This document shows, in pieces, positions 38,601 to 50,818 of a stretch of DNA of 64,000 bases. Location of the stretch: positions 992,001 through 1,056,000 of the forward strand of contig OZ251222.1 of the NCBI GenBank assembly GCA_965240325.2. Reading direction: 5' to 3'. Position 1 is the first letter of the stretch, and each line of letters opens with the position of its first letter. Source of the stretch: Rebecca billardiae RCC1528 (lineage: Eukaryota; Protista; Haptophyta). The notes beneath the pieces are model-generated. The model was not told the origin of the DNA. It saw nothing but the letters and a program-made list of their open reading frames with translations, and did no database searches. The translations under genes were made by a program, and so were the position numbers.

Positions 38601-40028
38601 CTGCGTGCTGTTCAATACTTCAATGTGGCGCGACAATCAGCATGGCGACGACATGGAGGCCCCATTCTTCGTATTCCTACTCCGGTATTACTTGGGACAG
38701 CAGTAGGTGACACCAATTAAGGGGGCGGAGCTGGATCCCCCAGAGCTTTGAATAGAATTAAAATTCTTTAAAGCTGTGTTCAAACAGCGGGGGCCTGGCG
38801 GCCTTGTCCCGGTGGGGCTGGTCGAACACAGCGCGTCTAGGACGCGACGGAGCTTCCCATGGCCGGCAGACCCGACGACGATGGGACGAGTTGGCCGTAG
38901 TTCAGCGCTGTAGAACGGTATCATCCGGTGGCGCGCCACCGTCGCGCGTGCCGGATACGGTAAGCCAGGCGCGGCAGCGCGGCACTTCTGCAGTTCTGCA
39001 AGGCCCACCGAGGCGCACGGCGAGGCGCGCGTCGATGCAGTCGTCGCTGCGCACGGCCGCTCGGGCACGACGGCACGGCAACGGCACGCACCGCGGATGG
39101 CCCACCGGTCTGCAGGCGCGGGGCGACTGCAGGCGCGGGGCGAGCGGCGCAGGCCGGCAGGGCACAACCGACTGCCAGCGTAGACTCCTGCAGCCGTCGC
39201 TGAGCACGGCCCGTCGGGCACGACGTGGTACGAGCGGCTCGCGTCGGTGTGCATGTTGTGTTGTGCAGCTCGCGCCGGCGGGCACGCACCTCCGCGATGG
39301 CGCCGCGAGCCGCGGGCGGCGCGGGTGACGGACGAGCCAGGGCGGGTAGTAGTCGGGCAAGTCGGCGAGCGGGTGGCTAGTGTGGTAGGCTTGTGGTACG
39401 AGCTTCTCCATGAGCCCGTTCGTGCACGTCATCTGATGCGGTTGCGGCTGCTTGATCGCCGCCACGTGCCGCTGGATCTCCGCCAGATTGGCGCAGTTCC
39501 TCGCGACGCCGACGATGGCATCTGGCGCTGGGTACATGCGGCTCAGGCCCGCGGAGCTCAGATCCTCGTCGCGCGCATGTGTGCGAGCGCGAGTGCCGGC
39601 AGCGTCGTCGAGCCACGCCGGCTGAGCGCTATCTGCGTGTCGCGCGCGGCCTTATTCGCCTCCTGCAGCAGCGCGCGCTCGTCCGTCATACTCAATCGTG
39701 TGTGCCGAGCGCACGCGGCGCGGCGGCGAAAGCACTCGTGCGTCGCGGTTCCTCGACCTGGGGAGCGGATGGTCGTAGAAAAGCGTCAACAAATAGGTGA
39801 GAATCGCAACGACCTCCCTATGGCGCGCGCTCAAAAAGGTTTAACGACATGCGTTCTCGATTCCCGAGGCGTGCCTAATCAAAAAACGTTTGAGGCCGCA
39901 TTCTTCGTATTCCTACTCCGGTATTACTTTCCAGTTTCCTCAGCAGTAGGTGACAACCAATTAAAGGGGGTCGGAGCTGGGTCTCCCAGGGCTTTCTCAC
40001 GAATTAAAATTGTTTAAAGCTGTGTTCA
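35671..40028. repeat. A1..B1-A2-B2 direct-repeat structure
   Basis: A1 35671-36772 matches A2 38782-39877 (near-identical, ~1.1 kb). B1 38656-38782 resembles B2 39892-40028 (more diverged). Confidence 0.9.
37430..38270 (+). pseudogene. Frameshifted captured gene fragment, family unknown
   Basis: Coding-like text (SPLVRALGERAGRELRVFL..LRLLEIVYEAACVG..; VILTTALDVLFGGRIGFML..; LDWLRQHMVLSDADLLLLD) switches between frames. Confidence 0.35.
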
Positions 40029-43024
40029 CCAGAACCAGAATTTCTCTCCCGGTACTTATAGAAATCTTATAGGAAATGTCTTAATGCATAATCAAACTGC
40101 CATGTAAACGGGTGTGGTTCCATGGTTCCAATATTTTGGAGTTTGCGCTGAGGCTTGGACTCCAAATATTGCAGAAGTCTCCATTGGCAAATGGCTTCAT
40201 TGGACTTGGTCTTTGGTGAATCTACTAGTGAGACCGGGCTCGGGCTTACGCCAACTTCGCCCTTCTTCGTTAGTTACCCAGGGGAATAGGTGGTAACACC
40301 TTTTCCTTATAGGGTTCGGCCGCCCCTCCGCTATCGCTTCGGAAGTTCACGCTCGGTGCAGTTGCTCCTTCGCTACCCTCACCCTATTTTTCGCCTGCGG
40401 CTGGCTGGCCTGCGGCTGCTTTCATTATTTATTTATTGGACTTTGTCTGTTTCGAGTTTTGGCACCCTGGGGCCGACACTAGGGGCCAGGATCACCCGTC
40501 TGACGTCAGGACATGCTCCCCTACTGTAGGGGGCATGCCTTGCAACGGTGCAGACATGCCGCCAATGTTCTGTCGGACCCTACAGCCTGAGTGAGTACAG
40601 CACGCCACCAGTCTGACGATCAAGGTTGGCTGTGCGGTAGTGACTCGGTGTCCCGCCCCGCGAAGCCGCAAAGATGATTATGATTAAACTGTGCCCTGGC
40701 GGGCGGGGGGGTCGGCGGGCCGTGCCAGTGCTGTCGCAATATTTCCCCAGCGGGTTCGCGTCTTTTAGCGTTTTTACGGGCAGGATGACGAAAAAGCATC
40801 TCCTCCAAATGTCTCCAATGCCGCCAGCTGAGATCGTGTGTCGCGAGGATGCCAATGTCCGCTCCGGGCACGATGGGCTCGGCGAAGGTCGCGTCGGCGT
40901 CGTGCACGGCCGCCACGCTGCGTAACAGCGCGTCCAGGTCCAAGCGCTCGTCGGCGCTCGTCGCTCCGCGCGACAGGTCCGGCACTTGCACGTTCGGCGG
41001 TATCAGTCAGGAGATGTCGGTGGTGCGCGCGCGCGCAGTGCGAGAGCGTGTGCCACTCGCGATCGAGGGTGGGCACGAGCTGCTCGAGCAGGCACAGGAA
41101 GCGCAGCGCATGTGACACTGGCTTCACGACGTCGGCCTCGTCCCGCAGCGCCCGTGCCATGGTGGAGGATGGGGCGGCGATGTTGCACGCTCGGCGTTTC
41201 CCCGGGATCTCGTCGCGGATGCGCATCTGGGATCGCTTATAGCGCGTTGTCGCCTCAGTCGCCGACTCGCGAAGATGCGGTTCCTTCCACGGCTGCAAAC
41301 CCGGGAGGTGCGTGCGGTGCGCGTCGTACGCCGCTTTGTGCTGCCCCTCCGTCGCACTGGCCACCGTCGACGCCATGCAGGCCGGACGTGGGCCCTCGAG
41401 CGCCGAGCGATCCTTGGCCGCAAGCTCGCGAGCGCGAAAGATGATCGCTCGCTCTGGAACGCCACCGAGCCAAGGGCCGTAACCGAGCGTACACAGCGCA
41501 GGCAGGTGTTTGGCGCGGCTGCACTCTCGAGGTGGCTGGGATACAACATCCAGGTGCAGCACCCTCCCCGTGTGGTGTCAGAGCGCGCTCCCGAGCGCGT
41601 GCCTCCGAGCGCGGGGCGGCCGCTTGCTGCAATGGCCGCCTCGATGAGGTGCGGCAACGCGCCCCTCACCTGCCTGCGCCGGTCTGTTTTGTGGCGGTGT
41701 CTTTGTGCAGTGTTGGATGGCGTCAATCACGCCTTAACCAAGTGTGCACGTTAAAACATAGTAAACTGTAGCAAACGGATTTGCATGCGTCCTTTGGCCC
41801 CGACCTTGCCAACCGGCCGGGGCACCTGCACGCGAGACGACGAGGGCAGCAATCGCGAATCGGGCGAAAACACGTCTCGGGAGTCCTCTCACGATGTCCG
41901 CGCCGGCGTTGGATTTAGCGCGCGCCGCCCACGCGCTCCGCGCCATGGCCGAGATGGTTTTCGGCCGAGCGTCCCCAGCGGCAGCTGCGAGGGCGCCCGG
42001 TAGTGAGCGAGGCGATTTTCTTTTCTTTGCGAGGCGATTTTCTTTTTATTTTTATTTTTCTTATCTTTTCCCCGGGCACTACAAGGGGCGGACCTACGGC
42101 CCGCCATAAGAACATGGCTAGCGATCTTACCAGGACTGGTAGTAATCGTGTCGTCTGGGGCCATGCTACGCGATTTCAGGCGACCTCACCATCGCTCGTT
42201 GCCAGTCCAGAGGCACGGACGTGCGGCACCACCTGGCCAGCCACCGTCAAAGCCAGGTCACCAACTCACCACGCCAGAGTCTCAGCAGTAATTCAATCAT
42301 CTCAATCTGGCCTGGACCTGGTCACTGGTGACCATCATCTATCTCACTCATGTCTGGCCGCCCTTGACTTATTGGCCAACCAGCACTGGGGCGCACCAGG
42401 AGAAGGAGGAGAGGAGGGGAGATGAGGAGGCCTGGTCATGAGCCTGGTGAAGAGCAGGGCAGAGAAAGAGAGGAGGACGTGAGGGGAGGGGACTGGACTC
42501 TGGAGGAGGAATGGAGAGCTCTGAGGAGCCGTGGGCCGTGGTGTGACGGCTCAGAGCTCCGATCCGACCAAATAAGCCGTCGCGCGGAGCCACCGACTAC
42601 AATAGCTACGACCCTGAACTAACAGCAGCCTTAAGTATATTTAGTAGCTTATGAACTGTGAACGAATTTCAAACTGGCTGAGCAATGCCGAATGCAGCCC
42701 TGTGACGCCTGAGCTTCAGAATGGCATGCACAGAGTGACTATGATGTGTCAGTCACATTATACGCCGAACACCCGCCGTCACGCCGTGTGGCGTGTCAGG
42801 CGCCACGTGAACGTCGCCTCGCTGTGCCCGCGCACGTTCAAAACGGCCTCGATGGACTAGCTTGGACTACATCTTCATCCGGCCTAATAAGAAGGAATCC
42901 CACCTGAATCTTCGGATCGGCCACGTCAGGCCGTTTACTTTATTATATTATATATATATATATATATTACTATACTATATATTAACTATGAGTCGTGGCA
43001 CCGTGAGTCTGAGGAGCTTCTCGA

Positions 43025-43705
43025 TCAGCAGTCCGTGCAAAGCCGCACGGTGGACTTACAGCAGTTCTTGAGGATGTCTCTGCCGAAAGGGATGTAGCTC
43101 GCGACGTAGTAGATCATGGCGCAGAACTGCACTGCCACGCACACGAGTATGATCACCGCCGGAGGCTGCAAGACGAGCGTGACGACAAAGGTAACGAGTA
43201 CGGCCAGCACATAGGTCGCGGCTGCACACGCCCGGTGCTGCTGCGCCATGCTTCCAAACTGCGTCCTGAAGCCTACGATGAAGCCCGTGGACAGCATGCT
43301 CAGAATGTTACCTGCGCTGTACTTGAGCGCAAATGGGGCAGGATTCCCCGTGAGCAGCGCTGCGAACGACGTCATGGAGGTGAGCGAGAGCACTGTCCCC
43401 GCGACGAAGCACAGAGCGAACCCATATAGCCGCTGCTGTAAGCTGAGCGCCGGAAAGAAGCTGTCGGATTTAGACACTTGATCGCCACTCAGCGAGAGAT
43501 GCCACCAGCGTGTTCTTCGGCTGTGCGCGGATGGAGTCTGGTCGCTCTCTCGGAACGGGTGCGCCCAGCTCCACGTTGCCGGCGAGGGAGCATGGCGGGA
43601 TGCAGGCTCCTCGTCTTCGATGTCCATGAGGAGCGGCTCACGCCGCTCACGGGCGCTGAGCCCATCTCGAGGTCGCCCTATGTCAAAGGGGAGCCACTCC
43701 TGCAT
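43025..43705 (-). CDS. SFT2: Vesicle transport protein, SFT2/Got1 family
   Basis: LSLQQRLYGFALCF..P..FALKYSAGNILSMLSTGFIVG..Q...QFCAMIYYVASYIPFGR. Start at MQEWL. Confidence 0.9.
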   Translation of the reverse strand: MQEWLPFDIGRPRDGLSARERREPLLMDIEDEEPASRHAPSPATWSWAHPFRESDQTPSAHSRRTRWWHLSLSGDQVSKSDSFFPALSLQQRLYGFALCFVAGTVLSLTSMTSFAALLTGNPAPFALKYSAGNILSMLSTGFIVGFRTQFGSMAQQHRACAAATYVLAVLVTFVVTLVLQPPAVIILVCVAVQFCAMIYYVASYIPFGRDILKNCCKSTVRLCTDC

Positions 43706-45613
43706 CGCGCCGCCATCGCAGCGAGCCTGCGACAGATGGCGAGTTCTCGCTCTTCTCGCGGCTGCCCGATCGCCTCTGCTCTGCCAGAGTCCGCAGAGTG
43801 ACTCCGGGTCTCGCTGCTTCGACCTACGGCCGGCGTCGTCACAGCGGCGCGGACGCAGACTGCTCGGCGCGCCCAACGATCTGCTCAAGGAGCATGCGCA
43901 CATCTGCAGGGTATGGCGCGCGTGCGTGCGCACAGGCTCGAGTCCTCTGCATCAGGAGATGACGCGCGCAAAGAGCACATGCGTCGTGGTGTGCTGTGCC
44001 GCTCAGTGTCTTCGCGCGCGCGCGCGTGCCTGTCATAGCCTCGCGCGAGAGGGCTTAGGGGCGGAACAAGCCATCATCTGATTCGCAACCCCTCGCGCGA
44101 TACGAGCCACCGCGCTCGTCAGCATCCAGGCAGTGCTCTGCCGTGCGCGTGCGCGCACGGGTCGGATGCGCGTGAGCATGCGTGTGTGCGCGCGCAGCAC
44201 CATGTGGAGGCAGTGATGGATTTTGACCACGGTTTGGGGCCCGCACGGCGTGCGCGATGACGAGCGAGGGAGCGGCGCGCGGCGCGCGCGCGCCAGCGGA
44301 GCGCTCGGACGAGCCTCCCGTCCGTGCTTGACAATGTAGGGGTAAATGGCTAAATGCGCGTTTTGGGTTCCCCGTGTCCAAACATTAAGACGGGCGAGGG
44401 CGCGGTGTGCGCGCGTGCAGTAGGCGCTCGGCGTGTGCCCAGCAGGCTGGCCCACCACGCCCTGCGGCGCTCTGCGTGTGCCCAGCAGGCTGGCCCACCA
44501 CGCCCCGCTCCGAATCGCGGCTCGAAATCACCGCGCGGGGCTGCGCGGACGGCGCGCATCGTGCACGGGCCGTTTCTGTGCTTCCGCGCAGCCCTCGTTC
44601 TCCTCCTGCCCGCGCAAGGCGTGCGCTGGGCGTGGCTGACGCGCCAGGGGACGCAAATGGCGTGGTCGTCCAGCCATCTCGGAGGCCGTACAGTAGAGCG
44701 CACGCCACGGCTTCAAAACGGGCGCCTTGGCCGCTCCTGGCCATTGCTGCCGGCCCTTGCCCATCGGCTGTGCTTCTGTGAAGCTGGGTGCATGCTCCCG
44801 TGCGTGCGCTTCAGCTGCTCAGAGGTCATCTGGCTGGGAGCTGACCTTGGCGCCTCTCAGCCAGCAGTGCGGGCGTGGAACCTCGCGATTCTGACGGAGG
44901 GCGAGCGACATGACCCCATGCCTTCGCACATTGGCATCTCGCCGCCGCCCTCGTCGATCGTCCACTGTGTCAATCATGTGTCATGCACCGCGTGCGCGCA
45001 AACATGTGGCTCGCGCACGGCCGGCTCCGGCATCGGCTTCCGTCGCCGCGAGAACGCACGTAGTGCTGTCAACGCGTGGGGGAAGCAGCTGGAAGTGCGG
45101 CGCGCGGCGCAGGAATCTACCAGCTACTCATGCGCCGCCACGCATCCACGCGCGGCGCCTCAGCTCGCACTTGCGTGGCTGCAGAAGCGCGAGCTGGGCG
45201 GCGTCCGACAGCCTACGATGCGCTGCACTCCGCTGCGGCCTCAAGACCGTGAAATCCCGTCCTGGTCAAAACCAATCGAACGGCTCATTTGGCGTCAATC
45301 AGACCAGCGCGACAGAGGGGTGCCTGAGCTGTGTGCGCCTCGTAGCTGGAGTCTGGACGCACGAGGCAAGCGCATGCACCAGCGTGCTTCATAGCGGGGC
45401 GGGCGGGCCGAGATCGCGCATACCTGCATGCGTCGCATGCGTTGAGGGCACGATACGCCTCCGCGCTCTCAGGGCACGCTCACGCCGCGGTCCCAACCCC
45501 CCAACGCGCGCGCGCGCGTAGCATGTGGTGCTCCAAGATCGCGATCTCCTCCACTCCATCCATCAAGTGATCCATGGACACTGAGATTTGATTATGGGAA
45601 CAGTACCACACCG

Positions 45614-46338
45614 ACAGGGGACTTTGGTCCCGCGCCCCTCTCGCGGGCTCTGGCGCGCGAACGCTTTGTCACTACTGGCCGCCGAGCCGTAGATTGGCGC
45701 TCCGTGCACCAACAAAGACATCCCCAGCCGCATGTTGCCACTCGACACCTCGTCTCGCCTCGCGCGGAGCCAACTTGTGGTGTGCGGGAGCCACCCGTAG
45801 CACACTGGGCCGTGTAGCGACGCGCGTGGCGGGTCAACAGCGCATCGCGAAGGCGTCGCACGCGCAATCCGTTGAGTACATACTCATGTCTGTCCCATGG
45901 CACGTCATGCACCGCCTGTCGACACCTCGTCTCGCTTCGCGCGGAGCCAACTTGTGGTGTGCGGGAGCTACCCGAAGCACAGGCTGTGCTGCACGCGGCG
46001 CGTCGCGAGTCGGGAGTGCATCGGAGCACACGGCGGCGCATGACGTCCCATGGGACAGACATGAGTATGTACTCAACGGATTGCGCGTGCGACGCCTTCG
46101 CGATGCGCTGTTGACCCGCCACGCGCGTCGCTACACGGCCCAGTGTGTGTGCTACGGGTGGCTCCCGCACACCACAAGTTGGCTCCGCGCGAGGCGAGAC
46201 GAGGTGTCGAGTGGCAACATGCGGCTGGGGATGTCTTTGTTGGTGTACGGAGCGCCAATCTAAGGCTCGGCGGCCAGTAGTGACAAAGCGTTCGCGCGCC
46301 AGAGCCCGCGAGAGGGGCGCGGGACCAAAGTCCCCTGT
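45614..46338. mobile_element. Foldback/long-TIR element (725 bp)
   Basis: Arms 45614-45910 and 46038-46338 are near-perfect reverse complements. Ends are ACAGGGG..CCCCTGT. Confidence 0.8.
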
Positions 46339-46875
46339 GTCCCACTGTCCTTTCTGTTGGCGGTGTCGCAGAGCGACCCGCCCCGGGCCGGCCGTTACAG
46401 CAAGGAGTCTTTAAAAACCCACTATTTGTAAGACCCCTTGGTTACAGGGCCATTAGAGGCGGTGGGACAGTACATAGTCATCGGCGGGTATTTCGATAGG
46501 TGCCGTTTGGAGACTGGTTTATGCAGCAACGCACGTACGTGCAGGTTGTGAAAGCTCGGCTTGGGAAGCGGTATATATTTGGTTGATGTTGGTTGAATTG
46601 TGGTAAATGCCGGTTGGGAGTACTACTTGCGGCTATCTCCCTTATTTATTATGCATATCTTGGAGGGGAACTCCGTACACGCGATGCCCAGATCGCTACC
46701 AGATCCGATCTTCCCAACATGTGCTCGCCAAGCCTTATAAGATTTGACGCGTCGGGGTTACGTTTCAATATCAGTGGGTTTCAGCCGTTGGTCTCGACTC
46801 GTAACCAAGCTGAGCGGTACTGCGCGACGCCGGTAACCCCATCGATCCACATTGCGCCCGACGAACGAGCTGGTC

Positions 46876-47883
46876 ATGCACCTCCCGACGATCTCTCGCA
46901 GGGCCGCGTACGCGGAGCTGGCGCCGCGCGTGCAGAAGCGCGTCCGAGCACTCGTCGCTGCCATCACGCCTGACGGCCCGACGACGGACATGCGCTGGAC
47001 CGCCGGCATCAAGCCCGAGTCGCTCGTGCTGGCGTGCGCATACCTCAGCCGCCTCGTCGCGAGCGTCGACGGGGACTCCGACCGCACCGAGGCGGCGAGG
47101 CGCTTTGCCGAGCGCGCGGAGCTGCACTTCGCCGCGTGTGTCGTCATCGCCGACAAGTACTGCAACGACCGCAGCTACGCCAACCTGCTGCTGCTCGTCG
47201 CCGACGCCGCGATCCTCGACGCGGCGGCGCTTCGCCGCGCGGAGCTGGCGACTTTCAGCATCCTGCTCGACACCTCGGGCCTGAACGTCTCCCCGGTGGA
47301 GTTCGAGGCCATGGCACGCATCATGTGCGAGACCAAGTGGGAGCGCACGGGCCTCGACACCAGCCTCGCCCTGCTCGTGCGCACGGCGAGCTCGCACACC
47401 AGCGTGCTGCCGGCGAGCGCCATCGCGCAGCCGCTCGTGACCCCGGGCGAGGATGAGCACGGCCTGGCGCGCCCGTTGCTCTCGGACGCGCTGCAGAGCT
47501 TCGGTAACGTGTTCGGCCGCTTGCGCGCGCCGAGCATGCCCAAGCCCACGGGTGACGTGAGCAGAACCAGCAGAACCAGCAGCAGCAGTGTCCAGAGCAG
47601 CAGCTACGGCAGTGTCAGCAGCTCCGGCAGCGGCCACGGCGCGGCTGGCAGCCGGGGCGGCGGTGGCTGGAGCGCCGCAGATGGCGCGGACGCGTCCAAG
47701 CGCGTGGTGCCAGTGGTGACGAGGCGGCCCAGCTGGGTGCAGCGCATGCGCGCGGCCCCCGGGGCGCTCAAACCGGTCGGCGAGGCGAAGAGCAGCAGCA
47801 GCAGCTGGAGCGTGCTGCCGGCGGTGCGGGTCTCATCCCGTCAGCAGACGATCCCGGTCGGCACGCGTGCGAGTGCCGCTTAG
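46876..47883 (+). CDS. Cyclin-fold protein (cyclin P/U, Pho80-like) with a Ser-rich tail
   Basis: ESLVLACAYLSRL..AACVVIADKYCNDRSYAN..LRRAELATFSILL..LNVSPVEF. Start uncertain. Confidence 0.75.
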   Translation: MHLPTISRRAAYAELAPRVQKRVRALVAAITPDGPTTDMRWTAGIKPESLVLACAYLSRLVASVDGDSDRTEAARRFAERAELHFAACVVIADKYCNDRSYANLLLLVADAAILDAAALRRAELATFSILLDTSGLNVSPVEFEAMARIMCETKWERTGLDTSLALLVRTASSHTSVLPASAIAQPLVTPGEDEHGLARPLLSDALQSFGNVFGRLRAPSMPKPTGDVSRTSRTSSSSVQSSSYGSVSSSGSGHGAAGSRGGGGWSAADGADASKRVVPVVTRRPSWVQRMRAAPGALKPVGEAKSSSSSWSVLPAVRVSSRQQTIPVGTRASAA

Positions 47884-47937
47884 ACTCTGACCCCGGCAGC
47901 AGCCGGGCTGCTGATACGACTCATTGAATATAAACGT

Positions 47938-47940
<3 letters not shown>

Positions 47941-48018
<78 letters not shown>
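47941..48018. repeat. (TA)n microsatellite
   Basis: Read directly. Confidence 0.95.
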
Positions 48019-48021
<3 letters not shown>

Positions 48022-48032
48022 GGTGTGTCGTA

Positions 48033-49961
48033 CCAGGTCGTTCCCCCTGCACTGGGAATCCGCGGTTTGGACATACGAGAAAAACAGCCGCAGGACGCAC
48101 CCGTCGCTACCCGCGAATAAGATTTTCAGGTCTCGCGGGTGCGGATGTGCGTCAATCGATGAGCTGGTCTCGCAATCCCAAAATTGAGCCGCAATGAAGA
48201 TAGATGGTGCAGGGAGCCCCCGGCCGGTGGCGGCTCGGCAGGCGAGGGCCGACCAAATCTTGACCTTTGCCCTCGGCGGCAGGGCGGGCAGGCGAAGGCG
48301 GCCGAGCGCCGTTGGCGGCCGGCGCGCCCGGGGCACGGCGCTGCGGGCGCGGATGTGCTCGCGGAGCCGGCTTGCGTGGACAGGCTGTTGCGGGAGAGTA
48401 TATGGCGCCCTCCTGCGCCGCGCGTCTCGCGCCACGCCTCTTTTCGCCGCGGCTCAGGGCAGCGCGCACGCGCGCGCCGCCTCGGAGGCCAGGGCCGCAC
48501 CGTGCCCGCGCCGCAGCCGCAACCGCGCGCGCGCCGTGCGCGGCGTGGTCGGGAAGGAACGGGGGGTGCTGCCGGGCGAGATGACGACATCATGTGCGCA
48601 CGCCATGCCGCCCCGCGGCGCCGCGAAAGGGCACGATAACGGATCCGCACAGCTGTTGACGAGTGCTGATTTCTTGTCGTGCCTGAAGCCAGACCTCGGA
48701 GCTCGAAGAAGATGATGAAAGTGCATCCGCGCGAGGAAAGCGTCGCACCCAGCACTTCTACACGACCACGTGGTGATGAACATTCATGTAAGAGTATCCC
48801 GCGTGCCCGCTTGGCACTGTTCTGTGTCTCAATGATCGTCCCGGCAAGGGTCACGACCGCGAGGCCGTGGCACACCATTCATAGTGTGACAACTCGAAGA
48901 GGCGTGCAAACGGACCAGCGACACGCTCGGCAAGGCGTGGCGGGGCGGCATGGCGTGCGCACATGATATCGCCATCTCGCCCGGCAGCCGTGCCCGTTCC
49001 TTCCCGACCACGCCGCGCACGGCGCGCACGCGGTCGGCTGCGGCGCAGGCAAGGCTGGCCTTGAGGCGACGCGCCGCGTGCGCGCTGCCCTGAGCCGAGG
49101 CGAAAGAGGCGTGGCGCAAGTCGCGCGGTGCAGGAGGGCGGCAGATACTCTCCCACAACAGCCCGTCCACGCACGCCGGCTCCGCAAGCACATCCGCGCC
49201 CGCAGCGCCCTGGCCCGGGCGCGGCCCCCAGCGGGTCACGACCGCGAGGCCGCGTGCACACCATTTGTGACAACTCGAAGAGGCGTGCAAATGGACCAGC
49301 GACACGCTCGGCAAGGCGTGGCGGGGCGGCATGGCGTGCGCACATGATATCGCCATCTCGCCCGGCAGCCGCGCCCGTTCCTTCCCGACCACGCCGCGCA
49401 CGGCGCGCGCGCGGTCGGCTGCGGCGCAGGCCGAAGGCTGGCCCCGGAGGCGGCGCGCGCGTGCGCGCTGCCCTGAGCCGAGGCGAAAGAGGCGTGGCGC
49501 AAGTCGCGCGGCGCAGGAGGGCGGCAGATACTCTCCCGCAACAGCCCGTCCACGCACGCCGGCTCCGCAAGCACATCCGCGCCCCCCAGCGCCGGGCCAG
49601 CTGCATCGCACTCGCCGCCCGGCCGCAGGCGCAGGGGGCGGGTCAGAATCGGTGCTCCGCACCCGCGGGAGGGCTCCCGCCTCCGCGGTTGCACGCGAAG
49701 AACTCATTTCCAGCGCCTCGATTTCGTGAGCGGACTATCGCTGACGAGGCTGATTACTGCGTTCCACGGCTTTGCCGCGCTCGGGATTTGGGTTCTCTAA
49801 TGGATGGATGTACTTTCGTCATTTTCAATTGGAAACCTCGATTAGATCGTTCAAGTGGTCTGATAGAGCAAGCGGAAGAATAAATCTGCGTTGCTATGCC
49901 GCGGCCTCGTGCTCTGAATAGTGCGAAACCGCGGATTCCCAGTGCAGGGGGAACGACCTGG
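48033..49961. mobile_element. Non-autonomous Tc1/mariner-type element with perfect 36 bp TIRs and TA TSD
   Basis: CCAGGTCGTTCCCCCTGCACTGGGAATCCGCGGTTT at 48033-48068, inverted at 49926-49961. TA on both sides. Internal inverted and tandem ~300-380 bp repeats. Confidence 0.85.
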
Positions 49962-49967
49962 TATGTG

Positions 49968-50129
<162 letters not shown>

Positions 50130-50638
50130 GTAACACTGTCACTGCATGCACAGTTGTCAGTTTACTAAGAATAAGAGACGCACACAGCTCAGGCACTAGG
50201 CAGGCTGCGAGCAGATTACAGCTTTGAGCTTATACACGACTACTGGTTTTACTGAAAATTTACAGCAGGGGCCTCCGACATTCGATACAGCATCGAGCAT
50301 GATACGGCTAGCGCCTCTCCGCATTGTATGTCTGATGTAATCAATTGTAATGCGCCGCCAGGCGCTGGCCGCGGTCATTGAGTAGTGAGTATAGTGAGTG
50401 GCCGCCCATCATGATCATTATCATTGTATAACTATAAGTTACTGTTAACACTATCAGACTATTCGTCTACTTAGTTACTGCTGCTAGCAGTAACAGTAGC
50501 ATTACCGGCTGAGTAACTATCAACCGCGTAGTCCGACGAGGGCTAATGTCATTTACTATAATGAGTCTGCATGTCTCTCACTCTCTGGCATCTCTGAGTA
50601 ATAAGTAATCAGCGCCTCTAAGTCTAACTTTTGCCGTA

Positions 50639-50818
50639 CAAGGGCGTTCCCGGGATCCTGCCACACGCTCCGAACGGCATGCCCCCCCCCTGGGGGGGGC
50701 ATGGCTACCGGACTGGCGCGGGCCGTAATATCAAATGTACCCGCTTGAAATAGAGAAAGCCAATTTCAATAGGAACGCGGTTCGATTTGGCGTATGACCA
50801 GTGCGGGGAACGCCCCTG
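50639..50818. mobile_element. Possible 180 bp hAT-like MITE
   Basis: CAAGGGCGTTCCC..GGGAACGCCCCTG ends and an internal CATG-C9-T-G8-CATG palindrome. No clean TSD. Confidence 0.35.

Larger units (their letters stand above)
34119..41768. mobile_element. 7.65 kb TA-flanked element with asymmetric imperfect TIRs (Tc1/mariner-pogo-like ends), degenerate internal ORFs and a nested insertion
   Basis: Left end TA|CAGTTTACTA-AGAATAAGAGAC-GCACAC. Right end inverted TA|CAGTTTACTA-TGTTTTAACGT-GCACAC. TA at 34117-34118 and 41769-41770. Confidence 0.6.

Noticed and set aside
35671-39877. Classical LTR retrotransposon
   Set aside because: The repeats lack TG..CA ends, and no PBS/PPT, TSD or gag/pol is seen.
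41780-45400. TE-like subterminal sequence at ~41780-42120 and ~44030-45390, including a 30 bp tandem repeat at 44433-44505
   Set aside because: No matching termini or credible protein could be defined.
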